From positions 1,094 to 39,290 of the forward strand of contig JBBIKH010000003.1 in NCBI GenBank assembly GCA_037445575.1: a stretch of DNA of 38,197 nt, read 5' to 3'. Positions within the stretch are counted from its first letter, which is position 1. Each line of letters opens with the position of its first letter. A model generated the notes under the pieces. The model worked only from the letters and a program-made list of their open reading frames with translations. It was not told the origin of the DNA and did not search any database. Positions 1 through 8,946 of the stretch are shown one piece after another. A program made the position numbers and the translations under genes. The stretch comes from a bacterium (GTDB lineage Bacteria > Zhuqueibacterota > Zhuqueibacteria > JANLFK01 > Oleimicrobiaceae).

Positions 1-900
1 GGTGTAGAAGGCCTTTTTGTTTGGAGTCAGATAGGTGAACAGAGGTTCATAGCTGACGCCGGCCAGCTGTTCGCCTCGCAGCTTCTCCTCAATCTCGTAT
101 TCTCCATCCAGGCAGGACAGGCGATCAAGGGCAAGCACCAGGTGGACACCCTGGTGGCGCACCTTCACGTACGAAAGGTCAGGGTGCAAGGCCAGGGCCA
201 CGTTGGAAAGCAGCGTCCATGGGGTCGTGGTCCACACCAAGAAGTAGGTGTCCTTCTGCCCGGCCACAGGCACTTTGACATAGATGGAGGGGTCTTCCAC
301 CTCCTCGTAGCCCTGCGATACCTCGTGGCTGGAGAGCGGTGTCTCGCAACGAGGGCAGTAAGGGAGGATCTTCCGTCCCTGATAGAGCAGACCCCTGTCC
401 CAGAACTGCTGGAGGATCCACCACACCGTCTCGATGTACTCGTTGGTGTAGGTGATGTAGGGATGTTCGAGATCGACCCAGAAACCGATGCGGCGGGTCA
501 TCTCATCCCAATCTTCCTTGTAGGCAAAGACTGACTTGCGGCACTCCTCGTTGAAGCGGGCAATGCCATAGGCCAGGACCTGGTCCTTGCGTCGGATGCC
601 GAGTTTCTTCTCGACCTCGATTTCCACCGGCAGGCCGTGCGTATCCCACCCCGCCTTGCGTTCAACGCGGTAACCCTGCATCGTCCGCCACCGGCAGACA
701 AAGTCTTTCACGGTGCGCGAAATCACATGGTGGATGCCAGGGCGACCATTAGCGGTGGGCGGACCCTCGTAGAAGACGAACTTGTGAGCCGGGTCGCGCG
801 AGGCAACACTCTTCTGGAAAATGCGCTGCTCTTCCCAAAACTCCAGAATCTTCTTTTCCAGTTCGGGGTAATCGACCCGGCCTGAGAACTCCCGATACAT
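1..900 (-). CDS. ileS: Isoleucyl-tRNA synthetase, type 2 (5' part; runs off the window edge)
   Basis: Manual translation from ATG at 900: MYREFSGRVDYPELEKKILEFW...FVFYEGPPTANGRPGIHHVISRTVKD...GWDTHGLPVEIEVEKKLG; later WTTTPWTLLSNVALA. Absent from the ORF track because there is no stop in the window. Confidence 0.96.
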   Translation of the reverse strand, partial: MYREFSGRVDYPELEKKILEFWEEQRIFQKSVASRDPAHKFVFYEGPPTANGRPGIHHVISRTVKDFVCRWRTMQGYRVERKAGWDTHGLPVEIEVEKKLGIRRKDQVLAYGIARFNEECRKSVFAYKEDWDEMTRRIGFWVDLEHPYITYTNEYIETVWWILQQFWDRGLLYQGRKILPYCPRCETPLSSHEVSQGYEEVEDPSIYVKVPVAGQKDTYFLVWTTTPWTLLSNVALALHPDLSYVKVRHQGVHLVLALDRLSCLDGEYEIEEKLRGEQLAGVSYEPLFTYLTPNKKAFYT

Positions 901-944
901 GCTCACGTAGCCCACTGTTTATGGGGATGATTCATAGGCCCCAT

Positions 945-1787
945 TCACATCCTTTCAATCACCTTGCGCATGAGAATCGTCAGCTTCGGCTCAGCCTGCT
1001 TGGCAAAATGCAGGATCTCTTTAATGTCCGCCGGCTTGAGGCAGTCGGCAAAACAGGCGTCGGTGATCACCGACAACCCCAAGACGCGCATCCCGGAGTG
1101 CACCGCCACTATCACTTCCGGCACCGTGGACATACCCACCGCATCGGCGCCGATGGCGCGGAGAAAGCGGTACTCCGCGGCAGTCTCCAGCGACGGGCCG
1201 GTCATGGCCACATACACGCCCTTTTGCACCCAAATCTTCTCCTCCATCGCCACCTGCTCGGCCAAACTAATGAGGGTGCGGCTGTATGGCTCCGACATGT
1301 CCGGAAAGCGCGGCCCGAACGAATCATCGTTCACCCCGATCAGAGGGTTGTCGCCCAGGAGGTTGATGTGATCGGTGATGATCATGATCTGTCCCGGCCG
1401 GAACAGCGGGTTCAGGCAGCCGCAGGCGGACGAGACCACCATCGTGTGGGCGCCCAGGTGCTTCATCAGGCGCACCGGATAGGTGATCTGCTTCATGGTG
1501 TAGCCTTCGTAGTAGTGAAAGCGGCCCTGCATGGCCATCACCCTCTTGCCACCCAAGGTGCCGAACAGCAGCTTGCCGGGGTGAAACTCCACGGTGGAGC
1601 GCGCAAAGTGAGGAATCTCCTCGTACGGAAGCACCACTTCCTTGTCGATTTCGTTGGCAAGGCCGTCGAGACCCGTGCCCAGAATGATGCCCACCTCGGG
1701 CTGCATGGGGGTGTGCCTGCGAATAAAAGCGGTGGTCTCTTCCAGCTGCTGGCGTAGTTCCTGCATGGAGACAGTCCCTTTGCTCAA
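945..1787 (-). CDS. punA: Purine-nucleoside phosphorylase (trimeric PNP/XapA family)
   Basis: Motifs [38 protein letters not shown]. The TTG start overlaps the upstream TGA; alternative ATG at 1766. Confidence 0.93.
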   Translation of the reverse strand: MSKGTVSMQELRQQLEETTAFIRRHTPMQPEVGIILGTGLDGLANEIDKEVVLPYEEIPHFARSTVEFHPGKLLFGTLGGKRVMAMQGRFHYYEGYTMKQITYPVRLMKHLGAHTMVVSSACGCLNPLFRPGQIMIITDHINLLGDNPLIGVNDDSFGPRFPDMSEPYSRTLISLAEQVAMEEKIWVQKGVYVAMTGPSLETAAEYRFLRAIGADAVGMSTVPEVIVAVHSGMRVLGLSVITDACFADCLKPADIKEILHFAKQAEPKLTILMRKVIERM

Positions 1788-2482
1788 CGTGGTGGTTGTG
1801 GCTTGGCTTGTTGCTTGGCCTCAAGCTGTTTCTGCAACGCCTCGATCTCGCGCTCTTGGGCTTGCTGCTGCTTGCGCAGCTTTTCTAGCTCTGCTTCTAT
1901 GCGCGCCTTGCGGGCTCTTTCCGCCTCGAGTTCCGCCTCCGAGGCGCGGCGGCGCTCGGCCATGAGCTGCTGGATAGCGTACTGCCGGTCCTTCCTGTCA
2001 CCCTTCAGGGCAAAAAAGATCGCGCCCAGAGCAGTGCCCGCCGCTGTGGTGGCCACGGTCAGGGTGTTGTCCGTCTGGTGCTCTTGCAGACCGCGCTTTG
2101 CCATGGACCCAAGATAAAAGCTTACGCCGAAGCTCAGCGCTGTCCCGCCCAGGCTGTACAAGAACAGTTGGCGGTGCTTCTTGGTGGCCGCGATCTCTCG
2201 CTCCGAAATCGGTGCGCCGCTGTCATCGTAGGCGCCATCCTTGCGCTTGAGGTCGCTGATGTCGGCGGCCATGATCCGGTAGGCGCGCCCTGCCTCGTCT
2301 TGCACCACCAGCTGCGAGGCGTCGATAGCTATGACTTCCCCAGTAACCTTGTTCCCGGACCTCAGGGTGAGCTGCACGGTCTCCTTGGGTTGTAGCTCTT
2401 CCCTGGTGACCGGCCTCCAGTGTGCACATCCATTGAGTGCACTGAGCAGAACGACCACACCGACCCACCTCACACCCTTCAT
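1784..2482 (-). CDS. Hypothetical lipoprotein with Sm/LSm-like N-terminal domain, two hydrophobic segments and a C-terminal coiled coil
   Basis: Signal peptide with lipobox-like LNGC; [25 protein letters not shown] beta pattern; E/Q/K-rich tail; coupled to pnp. Confidence 0.7.
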   Translation of the reverse strand: MKGVRWVGVVVLLSALNGCAHWRPVTREELQPKETVQLTLRSGNKVTGEVIAIDASQLVVQDEAGRAYRIMAADISDLKRKDGAYDDSGAPISEREIAATKKHRQLFLYSLGGTALSFGVSFYLGSMAKRGLQEHQTDNTLTVATTAAGTALGAIFFALKGDRKDRQYAIQQLMAERRRASEAELEAERARKARIEAELEKLRKQQQAQEREIEALQKQLEAKQQAKPQPPR

Positions 2483-2529
2483 CGCGTGTTCTCCCTTGTT
2501 GTGCGATAGTCCCGTCGCCCCTGCGCTGT

Positions 2530-3195
2530 TCAGACGATGAATTCGTCGCTCAACCGGCCAGGAGGAGGTGGAGATGGTTTGTGTGGGCTGCTGTCGGAGC
2601 TCCCCGTTGCGGGTGGTGATTGCAGGGGCTCTTCATCCAGCCCGACGATACGTGGTTCGCTCTGCGGCTCTGCCACCTCGTCCTCCTCTTCGGCCTCTGC
2701 TTCAGGCCGAGTACCCGCCCGGAAGCGCCCGAGGTCGAGATCCTCGTTGCTGAGCACCTCCAACAACTCCACCTGCGATTGCAGAAGCTGTTTCAGCCGG
2801 TTGACAAATGAAGCTTTTTCGGCACGCAACAGCAGCAACTCGCTCTTCAGCTGCTGCAGCTGGCTGCGCGCCTCCTCGATGATCTCCTCGGCCCGGAGTT
2901 CGGCCTCGCGCACGATGAGCTCAGCTTCCCTGCGTGAGGATTCGCGGGAGTCGGTGATGTTCTGCTGGGCGTTCATCAGGGTTTCCTGCAGGGTCTTTTC
3001 CACCTGCTGGTAGTCCCGGAGTTGTGTGCGCAGCCGGAGAACCTCTTCGTTAAGCGTATTGCGTTCACGCAGCAGAGTTTCGAACTGTTCGGCGACCATA
3101 TCGAGAAAGGTCTCGACTTCGTCGACGTCGAACCCTCGCATGGAACGCCGAAACTCCTGCTTGCGGATGTCCAGCGGTGTGAGCCTCACTGTCAT
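2530..3195 (-). CDS. divIVA: DivIVA domain protein
   Basis: N-terminal LTPLDIRKQEFRRSMRGFDVDEVETFL signature, then coiled coil and an acidic/Pro-rich tail. Confidence 0.92.
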   Translation of the reverse strand: MTVRLTPLDIRKQEFRRSMRGFDVDEVETFLDMVAEQFETLLRERNTLNEEVLRLRTQLRDYQQVEKTLQETLMNAQQNITDSRESSRREAELIVREAELRAEEIIEEARSQLQQLKSELLLLRAEKASFVNRLKQLLQSQVELLEVLSNEDLDLGRFRAGTRPEAEAEEEDEVAEPQSEPRIVGLDEEPLQSPPATGSSDSSPHKPSPPPPGRLSDEFIV

Positions 3196-3204
3196 ACCCT
3201 CCGG

Positions 3205-3927
3205 TCAACCACCTGTGCGCCAAGCCCCGCCCGGTGTGTCGCCTTGCCGCGGGCCGAAGATTGCTCTGCCGATGCGAACGATGGTGGCCCCCTCCTCGAC
3301 GGCCACTTCAAAATCGTCAGTCATGCCCATGGACAGGTGTTTGAGGTGCACCTCATTGAGCCCCAGGCGGTCGATCTCTTCCTTTAGTTGGCGCAAGGTG
3401 ACAAAACAGGGGCGCACCAGCTCTGGGTCAGGGAGGAAGGCACCCACGGTCATCAGCCCCAGCACCCGTACCCCTGGTAGAGCGGCAATGCGTGTCACCA
3501 GCTGGGGTGCCCGTTCTGGGACAACGCCGAACTTGGACGCTTCCCCTGAGGTGTTGACTTCCACAAAGATATCCACTCGGCGCCCACAGGCAATCGCGCG
3601 GCGACTGATCTCCTCGGCCAGGTGGAGACTGTCAACCGATTGAATGAGGTCGAAGCACTCCAGGGCGCGCTTGACCTTGTTGGTCTGCAAGTGCCCCACC
3701 ATGTGCCACGCCACCTCCCTGCCAATAGCCTGCACCTTTGGCCAGGCTTCCTGCACCCTGTTTTCCCCGATGATGGTGATTCCTGCGGCGATGGCCTGGC
3801 GGATGCGCTCCACGTCCACGGTCTTGCTTACCGCGACGATCTCCACCTCGCGCGGGTCGCGATGTGCGCGCGCACAGGCAGCAGCGATGCGTGCCCGTAC
3901 CTGGCGGACGTTATCCTCTATCGCCAT
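3205..3927 (-). CDS. yggS: PLP homeostasis protein YggS/PLPBP
   Basis: VAVSKT (PLP lysine), GENRVQE, WHMVGHLQTNK, LSMGMTDD, VRIGRAIFG. Confidence 0.96.
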   Translation of the reverse strand: MAIEDNVRQVRARIAAACARAHRDPREVEIVAVSKTVDVERIRQAIAAGITIIGENRVQEAWPKVQAIGREVAWHMVGHLQTNKVKRALECFDLIQSVDSLHLAEEISRRAIACGRRVDIFVEVNTSGEASKFGVVPERAPQLVTRIAALPGVRVLGLMTVGAFLPDPELVRPCFVTLRQLKEEIDRLGLNEVHLKHLSMGMTDDFEVAVEEGATIVRIGRAIFGPRQGDTPGGAWRTGG

Positions 3928-3951
3928 AGTCTCATGCCCATGAGGGCCTTA

Positions 3952-3980
3952 AATATACGCCAATCGCCCAGGAAAAACAA
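3952..3980 (-). promoter_or_regulatory. Putative sigma70 promoter for yggS-divIVA-pnp-ileS
   Basis: Minus strand TTGTTT-17 bp-TATATT in an AT-richer gap just upstream of yggS. Confidence 0.5.
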
Positions 3981-4022
3981 CCGGAAAAATCGAGGCGCGC
4001 TCCTGCGCGATGGTAGGCTCCG

Positions 4023-5309
4023 TTAAGGGAGGGCGACGTGAGCCAGCCGCTGGCGCAGCTCCTCCGGGCTTTGTCGCGCCCACCTGGCCATCTCCGCAAG
4101 AAACGTTGCGTCGTCTAGGTCGCGCTGGCGCAGGCGCACCATGTACTCTACTGCTACCTGGTATGACTCGGTGGTGACGTCCACCAGTCGGAGCCGGGCC
4201 TTTCCCGTGGTTGGGTCCAAGACATCCTCAAATCTGACCGGAAGTAGCTTGCCGCCGTCCACACAGATCAGGGCGCTCGGCCGATGCTCAGGTTTGGTGC
4301 TCAGGAGGTAGCGCACGGCGCTGTACCCCAGGTCGCGTACGTACTCGCAGTCGAAGGGGATAGGGTCTGCGCAGCGGAGCACGTAGCCGATGTTGATCTC
4401 CACAATCTCCAACCTATCCCCACGTGCCGCAAAACGGCTCTCCAGCTGCAACTTCAGGATCTTCCCCAGCTCAACCTCTCCCAGGCGGATGTTGCCGTAG
4501 GGGTCGTATTCGATGACCACCCCGGGAATGGCCTGCAGCTCAGTGGGCGTGAATCGCTCGGCGAGCCCTTCGGCAATGACTGCCACACCGTGTTCGTGAC
4601 CCATGGCTCGGCGCTTGAGGATGGCCCCCTCCAGCACGTCGCATACCGCCTGGATGGTGATCGGGCCACTGGGGAACTCCTCAGCGATAATGGCCAAGGT
4701 TGCACCAGCGGCCTTGGCCATTCCCAGCGCCAGGTGGCCAGCCTTGCGCCCCATGGCCACGATGATGTACCATCGGTTGGTGGTGCGCGCGTCTTCCATC
4801 AGATTCTTCACGAGCTCTGCCCCCAAGTGTCGGGCAGTTTGAAAGCCGAAGGTGGGCAGGTTGTCGGGCAGCGGCAGGTCGTTGTCGATGGTCTTGGGCA
4901 CGTGGGCGAACTTGATCTTCCCCTTGGCAGCGGCCGCAAGTCTGCTCGTGGCATAGATGGTGTCGTCCCCACCGATAGTGATGACATAGTTGACGCCAAG
5001 GTGAGCCAACGCCCGCAGGCAGTTCCTCAGGGAACGCTCGTCCTTGGTGGGGTTGACCCGCGAGGTCCGCAAAATGGAGCCGCCGGTAAAATGGATCCGG
5101 GACACATCGCGCATATGCAGCTCACAGACGTGGCCCCGCACCACCTCGAGGTCGTCCTGCACGAGCCATTTGAAGCCGTCCATGATCCCAAGTACTTCCA
5201 CATCCCACTTGCGAGCCTCGATGGTTGCCGCACTGATCACGCCATTGATGCCAGGCGCAGGGCCGCCACCGACGAGGATTGCCAATCGCTTCTTGGCAGG
5301 TGTCGACAT
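4023..5309 (-). CDS. pfp: Pyrophosphate-dependent phosphofructokinase (PfkA family)
   Basis: Start MSTPAKK at 5309 with GGAGG upstream; GGGPAPG, GGDDT, PKTIDND, MGR motifs. The Asp in GGDD and Lys in PKTIDND are the PPi-type signature. Confidence 0.9.
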   Translation of the reverse strand: MSTPAKKRLAILVGGGPAPGINGVISAATIEARKWDVEVLGIMDGFKWLVQDDLEVVRGHVCELHMRDVSRIHFTGGSILRTSRVNPTKDERSLRNCLRALAHLGVNYVITIGGDDTIYATSRLAAAAKGKIKFAHVPKTIDNDLPLPDNLPTFGFQTARHLGAELVKNLMEDARTTNRWYIIVAMGRKAGHLALGMAKAAGATLAIIAEEFPSGPITIQAVCDVLEGAILKRRAMGHEHGVAVIAEGLAERFTPTELQAIPGVVIEYDPYGNIRLGEVELGKILKLQLESRFAARGDRLEIVEINIGYVLRCADPIPFDCEYVRDLGYSAVRYLLSTKPEHRPSALICVDGGKLLPVRFEDVLDPTTGKARLRLVDVTTESYQVAVEYMVRLRQRDLDDATFLAEMARWARQSPEELRQRLAHVALP

Positions 5310-5344
5310 AGATGTTCCACCTCCCTCCAGGGGATGGTTCTCGG

Positions 5345-6334
5345 CTACCATCTCACTACCGCCGACGCCCAAGTGAACCCCGAGCCGAAGGCGACCAGCA
5401 CCACATAGTCGCCACGGCGCACACGCTGCTCCGCTACCGCTCCGTGCAAGGCAATGGGGATCGACGCGGCGGTGGTGTTGCCGTACTTGTGGATGTTGGA
5501 ATAGACCTTGTGCATCCCCCCAAATCGCTCCGCTACCGCTTCGGTGATGCGCAAATTGGCCTGATGGGGAATGATCATCGCCACATCGTCGATGCTCAGG
5601 CCGTTGGCCTGCAGGGCCTCCTCGATGGCCTCGCAGAACCGGGTCACGGCATGCTTGAACACCGCTCGACCGTTCATTTTGGGGTCGATGCTTCCGTCGG
5701 TAAGCATTTCCGGCGTCAGGCGGGGGCGGCGCAGACAGCCCGGATGCTCCATCCACAGCTCCTTTGCATAGCGGCCGTCGGCATGCAGGTGCGTGGAGAG
5801 AATGCCGGCGCCGTTGTCGCTGGGCGTCACCACTACTGCTCCTGCACCGTCGCCAAACAGCACGGCGGTGTCCCTCCCGGCTGTGCTCAAGTTGAGGCCG
5901 ATGGATTGTACCTCCGCGCCAACGACCAGTACGCACCGGTACATCCCGGTGCGCACGTACTGATCCGCAATGGAAAGGGCGTAAAGAAAGCCACTGCACT
6001 GATTGCGCACATCCAAGGCGCCGACATCGCGCAGGCCCAACTTTGCCTGGAGGAGGCAACCGGAGCCGGGGAATGGGTACTCCGGGCTAAGCGTGGCAAA
6101 GATGATAAAATCCACGTCCTCGGGGTTTCTGCCCGCATTCTCAAGAGCCATCAGGCTTGCGCCAAGCCCCAGGTCAGCGGAGCCCACCCCCGGCTCCACA
6201 AATCGCCGCTCCACAATACCGGTGCGCTCGCGGATCCACTGGTCGCTGGTATCCATGAGCCTTTCCAGGTCGAAGTTGGTGACCACGCGCTCAGGCAAGC
6301 AGATGCCCGTGCCGGCGATGCGTGCTCGTATCAT
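5345..6334 (-). CDS. fabH: 3-oxoacyl-ACP synthase III
   Basis: WIRERTGI, QCSGF (Cys), LFGDGAGA, PHQAN (His), YGNTTAAS (Asn). Confidence 0.95.
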   Translation of the reverse strand: MIRARIAGTGICLPERVVTNFDLERLMDTSDQWIRERTGIVERRFVEPGVGSADLGLGASLMALENAGRNPEDVDFIIFATLSPEYPFPGSGCLLQAKLGLRDVGALDVRNQCSGFLYALSIADQYVRTGMYRCVLVVGAEVQSIGLNLSTAGRDTAVLFGDGAGAVVVTPSDNGAGILSTHLHADGRYAKELWMEHPGCLRRPRLTPEMLTDGSIDPKMNGRAVFKHAVTRFCEAIEEALQANGLSIDDVAMIIPHQANLRITEAVAERFGGMHKVYSNIHKYGNTTAASIPIALHGAVAEQRVRRGDYVVLVAFGSGFTWASAVVRW

Positions 6335-6337
6335 GTC

Positions 6338-7357
6338 TTATCCGTTCCTGTCTGATGAATTGGTCCCTGCCTCGTCGGGTGCAACGCCAGGACCCAGCCG
6401 TGCAAGACGGGGCTCGATAACCCTGGGCATCAAGAACCGCGACACGACGCTGTAGGCCACCACCACATACCCGGTGCCGATGAGCAAATCGATGATGTAG
6501 TGCTGGTTGAGATACACCGCCGAAAACCACACGCCCAGGGGGTAGAGAGCCACAAGCGGTGCTGGCCACCGGAGACCTTTGCGGGCAAAGAGCGCGATGA
6601 CCACCGGATAGGCGCCATGCAAAGACGGGATGGCGGCAAAGTGATTGGGGTTGAACCCTCCCCACAGCGTGGTGAAGAACTTGGTGCCGAGCATGCGGTC
6701 CACGTTGATGAGCCCACCGGCACCCATGCCCCAGAAGGAGGTCCTGGCGGGCTGGCCGAAGCCGTGCGCATAGACGTACCACGGCGGCGCTGCGGGGTAA
6801 GCAGCGAAGGTAGCCAGGGCTGAAAAGTTGAGCAGCGTCAAGGTGCCAACAAAGCTGTAGAAGAGGCGTCGGTCCTCCTTGGTGTGCCAAAAGTACCATC
6901 CCAAAACGAGTGGCAACCCGAAGTGGAGCGTGTAGAACAGCCCGCCAGAGGCATCCAAGAGCTGGCGGAGCGGCGACGAGCCCAAGCTCTTCTGCCACTG
7001 TTGGAAGAAGAAGCAGGGGATCTGGCCGCCAAACAAGGGGCCAAAGAGCGCCAGTTCGACCCGATAGGGGAGGGCGACGTTAATGACCCCTCGCACCGAG
7101 TCCGCCACGCCGCGCATCATGTCGTAGGCAGTCCAGAACAGAATGAACGGGCTCCAATCGATAAGGAAACGCTTGCCCTTCTCCTTGCCCAGGAGCGTGG
7201 CCAGCACGAGCAACGCCACAAAGGCATGGTCAGGGCGCACACGGATCACCTGGTTGATGGCAACGAAATAGAGCACGACTGCCAGCAGCACATACGCGCG
7301 CCAGCGCCGGGTAGGCTTGTTGAAGTACCGGCGAAGCCAATTGACGGGTCTCTTCAT
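6338..7357 (-). CDS. PAP2-superfamily membrane protein, Aur1/inositol-phosphorylceramide-synthase-like
   Basis: Multiple TM helices; YPAAPPWY, FAAIPSLHGAY and HYIIDLLIG motifs. Confidence 0.8.
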   Translation of the reverse strand: MKRPVNWLRRYFNKPTRRWRAYVLLAVVLYFVAINQVIRVRPDHAFVALLVLATLLGKEKGKRFLIDWSPFILFWTAYDMMRGVADSVRGVINVALPYRVELALFGPLFGGQIPCFFFQQWQKSLGSSPLRQLLDASGGLFYTLHFGLPLVLGWYFWHTKEDRRLFYSFVGTLTLLNFSALATFAAYPAAPPWYVYAHGFGQPARTSFWGMGAGGLINVDRMLGTKFFTTLWGGFNPNHFAAIPSLHGAYPVVIALFARKGLRWPAPLVALYPLGVWFSAVYLNQHYIIDLLIGTGYVVVAYSVVSRFLMPRVIEPRLARLGPGVAPDEAGTNSSDRNG

Positions 7358-7400
7358 AACGGTCCAGATATGTCGTCCAGCTCAGATGCGACTGTTAGAA

Positions 7401-7429
7401 AATCTACAACTGCCCTTTCACAAAAACAA
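7401..7429 (-). promoter_or_regulatory. Putative sigma70 promoter for the PAP2-fabH-pfp operon
   Basis: Minus strand TTGTTT-17 bp-TAGATT in an AT-rich intergenic gap. Confidence 0.45.
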
Positions 7430-7482
7430 GTAATCAATTAGCCCATATCCTTTGGTCTCAGCGCCCGCCACTTTCTGCGAAT

Positions 7483-8946
7483 CTAGGAGCGGGTTCCCTG
7501 ACCTTTCACCTGATGCACGGTGATCAACTTGGTGGTGCCCCGCCGTGGGATCGGAAACCCCATTACCACCACTAACAGGTCCCCTGGGGAGGCCAGACCG
7601 GCGGTGCACATGTCCTCATCGATGGCCTGAAGAAGCTGCCGCAGGTCATCACCGAACTTGAGGAGGCGAGGGTGGACGCCCCAGATCAGGTGCGTCTGGA
7701 GTTGCACGGATAGGTTTTGTTTAAAGGCGACGATGGGTACGGCGGGGCGGTACTTGGCAATCATCCGCGCGGTGTAGCCCGATTGGGTGAGGGTGACAAT
7801 GGCAGTTGCCTTGAGGTCGCTGGCGGCCCGGCATGCCGAATCGGCCACCGCGTCAGCTACTGTTGGTGTTGGCGCCGGCCGTGGGAGCGCCTCCGTTCGA
7901 ATATAGCGCTCTGCTGCCTCCACGGCGCGGACAATGCGGGCCAGCGTCCTGGTCACTTGCACCGGGCGCTGACCGGTGGCGGTCTCCGCAGTGAGCATCA
8001 CCGCATCCGTCCCCTCCTGGATGGCATTGGCCACGTCGGTGACCTCGGCACGGGTTGGGCGAGGTTGGGTGCGCATGGATTCCAGCATCTGCGTGGCGAC
8101 GATGCACGGCACGCCGGCCTGCCGGCAGCGGAGCACAATCTGTTGCTGTACCACGGGCACCTTCTCCAATGGAAGCTCAACGCCCAGGTCACCCCGGGCG
8201 ACTATCACCGCGTCGCTGGCCTGGAGGATGGCGTCCAGATCTGCCAGCGCCTGGGGCTTTTCGATTTTTGCCACCACCCGCGCCGAGGCCTGTTGCTGAG
8301 CAATCATCTCCCGCACCGCCAGCACGTCCGCAGCCCGCCGCACGAACGAGACTGCCACACAGTCCACGCCCTGCGCCAGGCCAAAAAGAAGATCCTTGCG
8401 GTCTTTTTCGGTGAGCGCAGGTGAGGAGATATCCACCCCCGGAAGGTTGATCCCCTTGAGACTGGTTACTATGCCACCTTCGATTACTCGGCAGGTTACG
8501 GCGTCCTCGCCCGTGGTCAGGACTTTCAGCTGAATGAGCCCGTCGTCGATCAGGATCTTGTCCCCCGAATGGACGTCTTTCGCCAAGTTCCGGTAGGAGG
8601 TGGTGAGGACGCCCGGGCCGGTGCTTTCTCGCTGGGCGACGATGGTGACCTGCTGGCCGCGGCGCAGCGTCACCGTCCCACCGGGGATCTCGCCAATGCG
8701 CAATTTGGGACCTTGTAAATCCTGCATGATCGCCACCTCCATCCCTAGCCGCTCTGCGGCTTTGCGAATCATGGCAATAGCTTCCCCATGCTCCTCGTGC
8801 GTGCCATGGGAAAAGTTCAAACGCGCCGTGTCCATGCCGGCGCGAATGAGGTCCTCGATCGTCCTCTGACAAGCGCTTGCCGGCCCGATGGTGCAGCAGA
8901 TCTTTGTCCTTCTCATCGTTTTCTCCGCGTGTTCGTCACCTGCCAT
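7483..8946 (-). CDS. pyk: Pyruvate kinase
   Basis: RRTKICCTIGP, RLNFSHG, DLQGPKLR, AKIEK, VARGDLGVE, ATQMLESM. Alternative start at 8916. Confidence 0.96.
   Translation of the reverse strand: MAGDEHAEKTMRRTKICCTIGPASACQRTIEDLIRAGMDTARLNFSHGTHEEHGEAIAMIRKAAERLGMEVAIMQDLQGPKLRIGEIPGGTVTLRRGQQVTIVAQRESTGPGVLTTSYRNLAKDVHSGDKILIDDGLIQLKVLTTGEDAVTCRVIEGGIVTSLKGINLPGVDISSPALTEKDRKDLLFGLAQGVDCVAVSFVRRAADVLAVREMIAQQQASARVVAKIEKPQALADLDAILQASDAVIVARGDLGVELPLEKVPVVQQQIVLRCRQAGVPCIVATQMLESMRTQPRPTRAEVTDVANAIQEGTDAVMLTAETATGQRPVQVTRTLARIVRAVEAAERYIRTEALPRPAPTPTVADAVADSACRAASDLKATAIVTLTQSGYTARMIAKYRPAVPIVAFKQNLSVQLQTHLIWGVHPRLLKFGDDLRQLLQAIDEDMCTAGLASPGDLLVVVMGFPIPRRGTTKLITVHQVKGQGTRS

Noticed and set aside
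901-944. Possible T-box leader for ileS
   Set aside because: Only 44 bp separate pnp and ileS, with no T-box sequence.
5310-6059. 678-aa ORF suggesting a long N-terminal extension on PFK
   Set aside because: The extension is an off-frame read through fabH. The real start with RBS is at 5309.
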